A DNA stretch of 63,601 nucleotides, the filler included, from Choristocarpus tenellus KU-1152 (taxonomy: Eukaryota; Protista; Phaeophyceae), in the NCBI GenBank assembly GCA_964200185.2. It is 11 parts of 11 records of this genome, joined end to end, with 100 filler letters (N's around TTAATTAATTAA, not from the genome) between each part and the next. Parts side by side here need not be neighbours in the genome. Positions count along the whole stretch, not along the records: positions 1 to 3,054 come from CAXNAD020022648.1; positions 3,155 to 10,505 come from CAXNAD020006290.1; 9 more parts are not named here. One strand, given 5' to 3'. Below are positions 1-9,851 of the stretch, piece after piece; position 1 is the stretch's first letter; every line of letters begins with the position of its first letter. A program made the translations under genes and the position numbers. The notes under the pieces were generated by a model that searched no databases, was not told the origin of the DNA, and saw only the letters and a program-made list of their open reading frames with translations.

Positions 1-26
1 CCCCCCCCCCCCAGATACTTTGGGTC
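1..26. mobile_element. Terminus of MITE family B truncated by the contig end; similar contig-end pieces at 3155-3192, 10484-10505, 29622-29724, 33068-33086, 42160-42178, 42279-42298, 45069-45105, 45206-45342, 61057-61093
   Basis: C-run followed by AGATACTTTGGGTC, matching the TIR of the full copies at 3549-3723 and 47123-47299. Confidence 0.85.
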
Positions 27-123
27 ATTGCCCCTCTCCACACTTGAAATTTGGAGTAATAAGGAATAATCATTTCCTTGCAGCTTTTTTTTGGTCGATA
101 CAAGTAAAACAATGAAATGTACA

Positions 124-670
124 GATCCAAAGCGTTTCAGATGGTAGGGCTGTGCCAGTTCGGGGTCATAAATCCAATGTTGCGATTTGATGCAATTTTG
201 ACCATTGTGTTTGTTTGCAAGTGTCACTATCCTTGCTCCAGACACACATTTCATAGTCGTGTACCTTTTACCTACTCCGAAATGTTTCGGAGTATGTAAC
301 TGTGTTCACAGAAAGCCGAAAAAAGGGCATCAAAATCCCATGGGGAGCCAAGCCTGGAACGGATAAAGAGTGAAAGCATCATAGAGGGTACAAGTTTTGC
401 CCTGTTTGTCCATTTGGGACTTGGCTTCCCACAGGTTTTTTATTTATATTTTCCTACTCCCAAATGTTTCGAAGCAGATAAAATCTATACCTTACGAAAA
501 GGTGTGTTTGGGACAAGCATATTTACACTTCCCAACAGATACGATATAGCCAAGATTACATTAAAATTGCATAATTGGATTTTTTTGCCACCAAACGGAC
601 GCGGCTTTACCCTCTAAGACACTTTGACTCAAACAGGGGTAATATCCTACCCTCTGAAATGCTTTGGGTC
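124..670 (-). mobile_element. Old MITE family A copy interrupted by a younger family A copy
   Basis: Degenerate TIRs GATCCAAAGCGTTTC...AAATGCTTTGGGTC, TSD ACA (121-123 and 671-673), internal CCTACTCCGAAA..TTTCGGAGTA palindrome. Its sequence resumes in register after 633. Confidence 0.85.
368..630 (+). mobile_element. MITE family A, 263 bp, nested insertion
   Basis: TIR GAGTGAAAGCATCATAGAGGGTA...TACCCTCTAAGACACTTTGACTC; TSD AAA at 365-367 and 631-633. Confidence 0.95.
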
Positions 671-1573
671 ACACCATTTTGACCAGCAGCCCTAATTATA
701 GGGACTAGTGGTAGAATGATTCTGTTTAATTCATGTAGATTTTTCGAGGAGGAGGTACTTTGTCACTCATCCTTTTGAAGCTCTGTTGAACAGTCTTCTA
801 AAGCAGCGGGCTGCCTTGTACTTGGACGAGCTATACATCTCCAGACAATAAAACTCATCCTCCGGAGTAGATGCCTACTCCTCTTTCCTTTTTTTTATAC
901 TACTCTGGGCTATGACCCAGTAGGAAGGGGCTTCAAATACACGATATTTTTGCCGAGTTGCATTGATTAAGCTGAAGAATTCCTCTATATCAGCCAATGC
1001 TACACATTTATGGCAAAAGGGCTCATGACCTAGATTTTTCCCTTGCCTTACCAGTACCAGCAGACTCTTGCCAACCTTCCTGCACTGGTTCCCTTCTCTG
1101 ATCTAGTCTCAGACTACTTTCGCTGGAGGCGTCTGTCATGAAGTAGGTAGGCCATCTCCCAGCAAGCTCACTGGCACAATGTAAGTCTAATTGCTTGTGG
1201 TATGCATCAGTCCATGAGAAAGTTTAAAAGTCGAAGACTACTCAGTACCTGCAATAACTGCCGTGTTTTCGCACTTGATAGGCTACACGACAAACTCCAA
1301 TCTGTGTTTGTTTCTTAGACTACCTCCATTGCACTGTTTACACCAATGCTTCTCTGCAGGCGCAATGCCTTCCTTTGGGAAAGATCTTCGGTCTTAACTC
1401 TTTTTAACCATAAAGTGTCACAGAATTTGTAGGGTCTAGCACAATATATGGTGTAGCACAACAGTCGCTTGGGGCTATTGCTAAAATAGATAGTGATGAT
1501 ATCATTCATAGTGATTCAACAACAGCGACTCAATAAATAAATGATAGTTGACATAATATCAAAGGTTTTGATA

Positions 1574-1836
1574 GAGTCAAAGTGTCTTAGAGGGTAGAGT
1601 CGCGTCCGTTTGGTGGCAAAAAAATCCAATTATGCAATTTTAATGTAATCTTGGCTATATTGTATCTGTTGGGAAGTGTAAATATGCTTGTCCCAAACAC
1701 ACCTTTTCGTAAGGTATAAATTTTATCTGCTTCGAAACATTTGGGAGTAGGAAAATATAAATAAAAAACCTGTGGGAAGCCAAGTCCCAAATGGACAAAC
1801 AGGGCAAAACTTGTACCCTCTAAGATGCTTTCACTC
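1574..1836 (-). mobile_element. MITE family A, 263 bp
   Basis: Reverse complement of 368-630 with 5 substitutions by manual alignment; TSD ATA at 1571-1573 and 1837-1839. Confidence 0.95.
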
Positions 1837-2221
1837 ATACGAATATTTATTTCTTGTACTCATGCACTTGGTGACCTCTCCTACAATTTTCTTGACCCTC
1901 GATTCTTGTACTGCATCCATGTTAGGATATAAAATGAATATATCAAACCCAGATATGGGCTGACTTAATCTTTGCTCACCAAACCTTTCAGTTCTCAAGG
2001 CAAAAGAACGGCTGTTAACAATTTCGTTATAAAACGTTTCCAAACACCTTCAGAATTGAAGGTGCATAAGTTTAAGTCGTTTTCCATTTCGATTAGGTCT
2101 ATTCAAGGATTGGGAACTCTTGGGAAAAGGTTTTGAGCAGGGGCAAGATGCCACATTTCAGATGTGAATATTTTTTACAACAGGTCTTGGCTTTACCCTT
2201 TCCCATCACCACCGACCTAAC

Positions 2222-2411
2222 CTTGATTGCCTTTATCCTCCGTCTAGCCCTGTTCCTGACTATCCACTTGCCCACTAGATAGACGAGTCTTCTGAGCACG
2301 TCCCTGTGCTTAGCCCAATCATCACTCTTGCAGAGGTCCCAGTCTGGGGCATGATCGAAGCCGGTTCCCCCATATCCAGTGCCGGTGAGGAGTAATGAAG
2401 ACCTTGCATAC
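2222..2411 (-). CDS. Internal exon resembling cilia/flagella-associated protein 221 (CFAP221/PCDP1)
   Basis: Translation APDWDLCKSDDWAKHRDVLRRLVYLVGKWIVRNRARRRIKAIK resembles the recalled P.[FW]D....D.W..R...L.RF.....K.I.R.RA..RL motif. It ends at an AAG|GTTAG donor. The 5' boundary is approximate. Confidence 0.55.
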
Positions 2412-3054
2412 CTTGCAGTAGCAACATCGTTGACACAGACCAAAAAGTAGGGAGTGGGAAATTTTCAACGTAGAATTGTTTGAATACTCCTCCGAAGAAT
2501 TGGGTTAGTCGTATTTTGTTCCTGAACCGTTGAAAAACTCCATTCAAATCGTGCATGACGAAAGACTCCCCATGTTTCCAGCTGCATGTACATGCGAGTT
2601 TTCTTGCACGAGAAAATCTTTGTAAGGAACAGGGATGGTGGGACCTGCTCTGAAGTAAGAAATGCATGCTCGAAAAGGTCAAGAATCATGCTGAAAACAT
2701 TTCTGCTTTTGTGCATGTGCGAAGTTGTCGGAAAAATATTGGTACTCGCATAGCTTTTTTTTCTTTTCTTTCTGTAATTGAATATTCCACTGGATAGAAC
2801 TGGTGCTCTTGAGTGTGTGGCAGTTACTTGCCAAAAGAGGGGACTGCATTTGGAATGCAAGTTCAAGGAAGGCAAGCAGTTTGATGCAGTCGATGATTGT
2901 TATGTGTTTCAGTTTTCCATAACATTTAATTTCGTTGTACAATGACTCCGAAAACTGATGAGGGGGGGGGGGGGGGGGGGGGGGGGGGCGTCTTTTTTCT
3001 GAAACTAATGGTTTTTGATTCTGTTGAGGTTTTCACAAACCGTAGTAAAGTAAA

Positions 3055-3154
3055 NNNNNNNNNNNNNNNNNNNNNNNNNNNNNNNNNNNNNNNNNNNNTT
3101 AATTAATTAANNNNNNNNNNNNNNNNNNNNNNNNNNNNNNNNNNNNNNNNNNNN
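3055..3154. other. Artificial contig spacer N44-TTAATTAATTAA-N44; identical spacers at 10506-10605, 14862-14961, 29522-29621, 32968-33067, 42179-42278, 45106-45205, 50769-50868, 54532-54631, 60957-61056
   Basis: The same 100-nt block, with stop codons in all six frames, occurs 10 times. A separate 10-N scaffold gap lies at 4195-4204. Confidence 0.99.
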
Positions 3155-3548
3155 AATGGACAGCCGCCACCCCCTCCCAGATACTTTGAGCCAGAATAAC
3201 TCCAGAACACTGAAGAGACTCATGGCTTACTCTCTCGAGTTCACTCTGCTTTTTCGTGTACAACTTTAACACTTTGGGAAGACATATTCAGAGTGTTTAT
3301 ACATCCTCAACCTTTCTTCTCACAGTACAACAATCCTCTTCTCAAACACCATGTTTGACTCACCACAGTAGCAGTGATTCATGCTTCATTGCATTCAATC
3401 ATCCAACCCTCTCCTCAGAGCACGACATCTGATCTGTCACACTGGAATAAACTAGCTCTTCATTGCACTAGATCAACTATTCGAATAACAAGACAACAAG
3501 CCTCTTGTAGAACATTCACTTTGACCTACCGCATCGTCACCGACCCAT

Positions 3549-3723
3549 GGCTCAAAATGTCTGGGGGGGGGGGTTACACCAGGGTGTCTATTCGGGACAG
3601 TCCAGGAGAAGTGCACTTACATTATACATCCAATGCATGCAACCAAGTCACCCCAAAATATCGCAACATGGAAAAATGGGCCTCGAATGGACAGCCACCA
3701 CCGCCCCCCTGATACTCTGAGTC
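3549..3723 (+). mobile_element. MITE family B, 175 bp, with G/C-run subterminals
   Basis: TIR GGCTCAAAATGTCTG(n)...C(n)TGATACTCTGAGTC; TSD CAT at 3546-3548 and 3724-3726. Confidence 0.92.
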
Positions 3724-4173
3724 CATACTTCACCAGTGCACTAAATTTTTCAGTCAAAGGAAACAGCAAACATTATACCTAACGTAGGTGATCTTTCTTG
3801 ATTCAAACTGCAAATTTAACTGTTTGGGGATAATACCTGCGGCTTGGAGGGTGAGTAACACTCTCTCGATTCGGTTAATATCCTCTTCCCACATGGGAGA
3901 TGGCAACACCGTATCATCTAAATGTACAAGGAGGCCCAACAAGGAACCAGAACATAAAAACGTTGTTGACATGAACCTCTAGAACAACTAAATAGCATAA
4001 AAAGTAATTGAAGGGGTTTTCAAGTACCATCAAGGGTAACCAACACGGTTTGTCTACATTCTTCATCATCCCTCAAAAAAAATTGCAAATAAATTGATTG
4101 AATGTCCATACAACTCAATTATTTTGCACCCCCTAAATTATCGAGCCAATCGTCCATAGACGGCAAGAGTCAA

Positions 4174-4388
4174 GACTCAAAGTATCTGGGGGGGNNNNNN
4201 NNNNAGAGTGACGGCACAAACATTATAGGGGGGGGGGGGTCTACGCCAGGGTGTCCATTTGGCCCATTCCAGGAGAATTACACTTATATTATCCGTCCGA
4301 TACATGCAACCAAACCACCCAAAAATCACGACATGGAAAAATGGGCCCCGAATGGACAGCCACCACCCCCCCTAGATACTTTGAAATC
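4174..4388 (+). mobile_element. MITE family B spanning a 10-N gap, possibly the ends of two separate copies
   Basis: GACTCAAAGTATCTG7...CCCCCCTAGATACTTTGAAATC. The flanks CAA and GAG do not match, and part of the Gypsy RT expected between them is missing. Confidence 0.85.
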
Positions 4389-4518
4389 GAGATCCGCTTT
4401 GACTAAGAGCGTGACAGGTGGCAACCAGGGACTGGTGGACGGATGAACAATTCCTCGTTTTTCCATGTCTCCAACGCACTTGGAAATTGTATCTCAAAGT
4501 GGGCGGTTACTCTATATG

Positions 4519-4828
4519 CTTCCAAACGCTTTATACCATTTTTTTTGTCCAGTTTCTTCACAATACCCATATATATTCACCTTTGTTAATTCTATTGATC
4601 GCCATTTCAATTTTATCAATTAATTTACGGTAACGATTTCTAGTTCTAAGTTCAATTTTTGTTTCTCTTTCAATGCTAGCTAGCTCTGTCATTTATATCT
4701 GGTTAATTCCAGTTTTCTTCCTGTAAGTGATTCAAAGTTTCACGTGACTCTTCTAACAATTTTTTACGCCAGCTGTATATTTTTTGTTTAAATTATTCAA
4801 TTTGCATTGGGTTCATATAAATTTCAGT
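4519..4828 (-). pseudogene. dksA: Decayed fragment of bacterial RNA polymerase-binding factor DksA (alphaproteobacterial, Rickettsiales-like)
   Basis: Reconstructed TEIYMNPMQIE*FKQKIYSWRKKLLEESRETLNHLQEENWN*PDINDRAS/IERETKIELRTRNRYRKLIDKIEMAINRINKGEY/GYCEETGQK/GIKRLEA. It has the DxxDxA coiled-coil tip and the alpha-type GYCEETG..IG.KRLEA segment, with 2 stops and 3 frameshifts, and is AT-rich relative to its flanks. Confidence 0.9.
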
Positions 4829-7800
4829 TATGGAGTACGACTCGTTTTATGTACATCAGGTTCAAGTGGAAATTCAACAGTAGCTGAGGTAAATCCGCCT
4901 AACCCCTGCTCTAAAAGGGCGAACGTTTGCCTATGTTTGACGCAAACATTCAGTGATTTATTTATCTGTTTCATCTACAGTAACCAGATTATTTGACAAT
5001 GTGTGTACAAATTCCCTCATTAAGTTCTTCAAGTATATGGTATTCAAAGATCGGACGCACTTGTAGGTGTAGCTGCAATGACACTGACAAGCACATCCTC
5101 CTTGAACTCATCTATAGTGACTGGAGCAATAGTTACAATTTTGAACCTTGGAGGTATCTTAATTCCTTACTCGGTGGATTGGTAATCTGCACAACACAAG
5201 AACCATCACCTTGCCACACTGAGAGGATACGACCCATCATTAGGCAGAATCGAACACTTTGACGACCCAAGGTTTCCAGCGAGTAGTCAGACTTGACGTG
5301 AGTTTTGATAACAGCCTCCACTACTGAATCGTGAAGTGCTTTGGACTTAGCGACAACAACAGTGTCTAAGTGGGGAGGAACATATGACAATGAACAGTTG
5401 AGCCTGGGACTGGCGTGGTGGCATGGACCAATGCAACAGTGCGATATGGTGGGACAACAGAGTTTTATGGATAAACATGAAGTTGGGGCAGTTAGTTCAA
5501 CACACAATTGCAAAAAAAAACTCTCCTAACACTATAAAATAACACTCGCAGAAAATACCTCTGTCAAAGCAACTGCATGGACTTGGCCAACCTGCCGTTC
5601 TGGGATCTGAACTACACCATCTCCAACAAAGACTCCCCCACTTTTGAACATTTGGATGGTAGGGATTTTGCACAAGGGTCAGGAGCTTAGACCAACCCAA
5701 CAACAACTACGATGGCACTGCACAACTATAACAATAACAGAAGACGTGAAGGAATAGGATACGGAGTATCATTCTTTCGTTGATCTCTTACGGAGGTTTC
5801 ATTATTTTTTGTTGTAGTTTATTTGTTACAGCTATCATCATATATTATGGTACTATAATTACTGCTTAATGTCTGTACTTTTCTAGTCGCAAAGATGGTG
5901 TACTACATTAAGAGGAAACATTGAGATACAATCGGAACCTAATGGCTGCATCATGATTGATAGAAAATGGTGAAAAGTAGGGTGAACGAGAATCAAGATG
6001 TACTCTGTGTGCGCTAAAGATTGTTGTTGGATGATATTTTTGTCATAGAAGGGACAGTGGATGTAGGATTAGCATAGAGAGAATCACTGTATAAAATGAG
6101 GGTGACAACAGTGACGACTTGAGCGATCCTGGGTGAAACTAAAAATTGTTGTGCCAAACAAATTGGAGCGCTTCTTTGGAGCAAGAGCTACCAGAGTGAG
6201 CAAGAAAAGTTGGTGCATGTCAAGGATAGGAATAATCTCTTACCCACGATGCATGGGGGTAAGGCAGAGCAAAGGTGGTTCTTGGAGCAGCATTTGCAGA
6301 CTATAAAATAGTTATTGGGATAATTATGATATTAGGTGCGTGTTTGAGGATAAGAACTACTGCAAACCAAGACTGGCATGGAGCGATGTCGGCGAAGTAG
6401 GAAATTGTGAAAGGTTGGCTATTGCACAAATGGGTAGATGCAGTGCCAGTGGGTTAATGAGTTAGTTGTATGGACTTGGAGGAGGGAGAGGTAAGGTGGG
6501 AGACGAACCCGTGCCATGTGCATTGATGTTTATATCCTTCTTTGTAATGGAGCTGTCAACTTATCCAAGTCAGATTTGAGGAGGGAGAAGAGGAAGTAAG
6601 ACATGAAAGAAGATAAATTATAGTCCTGGCAATAATCTTGGAGATGGTGACTTGCACCATAAATTGAACAAGTGTCAACAAACACCAGTGATTTCCCTGG
6701 GACAGGAACTCAGATGTAAGAGCGAGAAAGGGTGGGAGGAGGGAAAGAAGACTGCTCTTCGATCAGGAAGCAAATTGAGTGGGAACGGGGTGATACATGC
6801 ACTCCATATTGTAAAACTAAGTTCTAAAACAACAGTATAGTCACCACTGTCTTTGTACAGAAACGAGTCACTAGCATCACGTGCTTGTGTAAAAACAACT
6901 TCACAAAAATCTACAGTGCCCAGACCAAGCCAAAGACTCGGTTTTCCGAACAGGCATATGCCCATGACATGCAGTGTCGCGTGTGGGGGACGTCAGAGAT
7001 TGCAACTTCTTTACATGAAATTAGAGTAGTAGTGAGCCAGGTTCTTGTTGCCTGAGCCTCTAGGAAAAGAACAATGCTCAGGTGTGGCATTCACTGTTAT
7101 AGAGGCGAAGCTATGTGTATGGATAGCAATAGCATCCATGAACTCCCTCGCTCAAACTCTTGTCGGGACCCACCTACCTGAAGTCCAAGCATGTTCTGGA
7201 TGCTAACCCATAGATACGTCTATTCTAACACCTAGTATTTACTCCAAGCATACACTAGAGTGCTTGGCACATATGTTGTGGCGGTTAGCATGACCTAACT
7301 GCTCTCCTAATAAGCTTAGAGGTGCATCCTCAGCATGCTATGAAACCTTTTAGGAAAGGAATTATGATGCTTCAAGGGTGTCAAAATTTATATGAATGAG
7401 GTGGACATCTCCCTCCATAGAATGAAAGAAAGGCACTGCAACAGTAGCTTCCTTTTTTGAAGCCCACAAATTTCTGTACTTAGTATTGCAAATGCTTGCC
7501 ACACATGTATAACCAGAGGCATCACATCCCCACAAAATATATATGCTCCCTATTATATAAATGGTTATCTTCAACGAGAAACTATTTTTTTTCTCTACAA
7601 TTGTTTCAAAGTAATTTTCTTGCACTCCAGACCTCCACAGGAAGGATATATGAATGTGTAATGTTGTAACATACTATGAAGCACCCTCTGCTTACAGATC
7701 CCCCTCCCTTCCTCTTACTTCATCAGTTCATTGCAATGTTAGTCTTGATTTGTCAATATTACCTTTTCTGCCCTGATTTAGCATTAGGTGGACCACCTGG

Positions 7801-8110
7801 AGTACGCTGACCAATTCATGGGTTAGCATTACCAGGACCAACTGAATCAACCTGACCCAGTTCACCTGGGTTAGTGTTGTCAGGTCCAAAAATAGGGGCT
7901 GTTGACCCTACATTATGGTTGGAGATAGTTTATTATGAAGCTAGTGATTAAGTTTGTATGGGGACCCAAGAATCCTAGGGTTGAAAATATAAAATTTAAT
8001 TTAAATTGTAAGAACATTCGAAGGGGTGACCCTCAATGCATCACAACATTTCAGACATCATGAAATAACTTAAGGTATACCCCTCAAAGCTTTGGACATT
8101 ACCTTAGACA

Positions 8111-9851
8111 CTATTTTCCCTCTTTTGTTCCTTCCCCAAGAGCGGGGTGAAGCTGTACGTCTTCCCATGCCTTCTCCATCACGGCAATTGTCACCTTCTG
8201 GATCCAAATGTCGAATTCGAATGCTAGCTCCAACACCCACTCCCTTAGCTGGTCGACAATGGGCAAAAAGTAGGCATCAGGGAGGAGACCTCGCACCAAC
8301 TGCTTGTCACTGATATGTTTGTACTTCTGCATGAGCTGAACTAGTGTCCTAGGCTTGGCCACTTTTGTTTGTGCTTTCCCTTGACTCTTCCCCTGCACCA
8401 AACCCGCTTTTTGTTTGGCCTTGCTCTGCCCATGCAATGTCACATCTTCTTTCTCCTCTCCCTGCCCATTCTGGACAGAGGTTTCGCTGTCGACCTTGTT
8501 TTGTGCAGAATCGCCTTGGTACTGATCCATTTTCCTCTCACTTTCTCCCTCCTCTTCTCCTACCACCCTATTACCTTCTTTTTCTTTCTGATCCTTGCCC
8601 TTGTCCTCCCCATCCACAGTGCTCTCTTCACCTCTCTCTATCTTCTCCTTGTCCATCCCACCTCCTTTGTCCTCTTCTTCAACTATCTCTCTTACAACAG
8701 CATCGATCCCCTCCTCTCCATCCTTGCCGTACTCTTCAGCTCTGTTATGGTTTCTGGGATCCCTGTCCTCATCCACGCCATTAACAGCCATCTGTCTGGC
8801 CTTGGCCAACTCGATTTCCTCCCTCACTGCATCAGAAATCGTTTCTTCATTTGGTGCAGTGAGTTCCGGCCGCAATATCCTAATGATGAGGTACACTAAC
8901 GTAGCAAGTACTTGACAATTGTGTGACATGATGGTCTGCTTAACCCCACGTGCAGATGAGAGCCCTGATTCCAAGGGATACAGCAAGACCCAAGGTATGA
9001 GCACCCTCACCATCAGATAATTAGTAAGCATCATCTCAACAAGAGATGTGTCATACCATTTACCACTCGCATCATGCCTGTATACAGACTGCAGCTTTCC
9101 AGGCAGTGTTGTCTTGCCCCACAGAATAATATCTCTGAGGCTCATGTCACCCACTGAATTGAGAGTGTGGGCAGGACTAGGACTGGTGCTCGTGGTCACA
9201 TCTTCAGCAACCCCTACTTTCTTGGTTTTGCTGTGTCCAATCCTCCCATGCAGCCAAGGAAGGAAGTGGTGCTCCAACCCACCATGGTGAGTGGGGGTAC
9301 AAAGTAACAATGCCTTTGCACCAGGTACCGTTGATTTATTGATCGCATAAAGTGTGGCATCCAATGACTCTGGTGGGTCTCTCTCAGGAGAGAGACAGCG
9401 TAGGCCACCAAGGGGGTCAAAGGATAAGACTTTCTTTTCTTGTTCAAAGAAAAAGCCTTCTGGAAAGTAATTTCCGTCAGTGGTGAGGTAGCTGAGGAAT
9501 GTCATAATATCTGGTGCTGGCATATCTCGTGTAATACTTTGCATGACACCCTTTACATGAACCTTAACACATAATAGTGCAGCATCATCAGCCTTGCTGT
9601 GGTATTCTGATGCCCCCACTGCCTTCCACATAGATCCAACAAGGCCACCCGCTCTTGAGCCTCCAAGAGAAGCATACACATCTCGGGATGCCTTCTTTCC
9701 AACTACCTTGGCAAGACGGAGGTTGAGCTTAGAGCTCTTTAAAACTGAGTTGCTGATAGGGAAGCGGGCCATCTTAAGGAGCCAGTTTTGGCAACGAGTA
9801 AAGTAGATCGCCAAGGTTACACTCCAGTCCAGAGTATCTTGCTCTTTGGAC
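8111..9851 (-). CDS. Large terminal exon of an uncharacterised protein (~580 aa, with an acidic/Gly-rich linker)
   Basis: The 567-aa ORF extends to a pyrimidine tract plus CAG acceptor at 9852-9854; stop at 8111-8113. No family recognised. Confidence 0.8.

Larger units (their letters stand above)
3200..6965 (-). mobile_element. Degenerate Ty3/Gypsy LTR-retrotransposon gag-pol relic, interrupted by family B MITEs and the dksA fragment
   Basis: Motifs in the expected order on the minus strand: degenerate Zn-knuckle (~5600), KALHDS protease-like (~5330), FALLEQGLGGF..RTP/YRV (4930-4500), STSPWLPPVTLLVKAD (~4440-4392), LPSMDDWLDNLGGAK*LSCMDIQSIYLQ (4170-4085), VHLDDTVLPSPMWEEDINRIERVLLTLQAAG (3930-3840), weak integrase-like segment (~3250-3520). 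Outer limits are approximate. Confidence 0.8.

Noticed and set aside
414-617. Repeated small ORF family (e.g. 414-617, 1587-1838, 27703-28029, 38571-39098, 58677-58877, and the NGQPPPP ORFs)
   Set aside because: These are chance translations of the non-coding MITE families A and B; reading frames are not conserved between copies.
368-1836. Single composite transposon with 263-bp TIRs
   Set aside because: Each copy has its own distinct TSD, and the outer flanks (AAA and ATA) do not match.
2450-2942. Sola-like transposase relic (YFSDNFA.., HGES motifs)
   Set aside because: The resemblance is too short and split across frames to support a call.
3055-3154. Recurrent TTAATTAATTAA palindrome flanked by Ns as a biological motif, and ORFs containing X runs
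   Set aside because: Fixed-length artificial spacer with stops in all frames. ORFs crossing it and gene neighbourhoods across it are artefacts.
4519-4828. Bacterial contaminant contig or functional dksA gene
   Set aside because: It is truncated at both ends, carries stops and frameshifts, and is embedded in continuous eukaryotic retroelement sequence within one contig. Read-level confirmation is still needed.
8365-8915. Plus-strand hydrophobic or Ser/Pro-rich ORFs (likewise 16773-17216 on the minus strand, 54776-55312, 55729-56169)
   Set aside because: Antisense shadows of purine-rich real exons.
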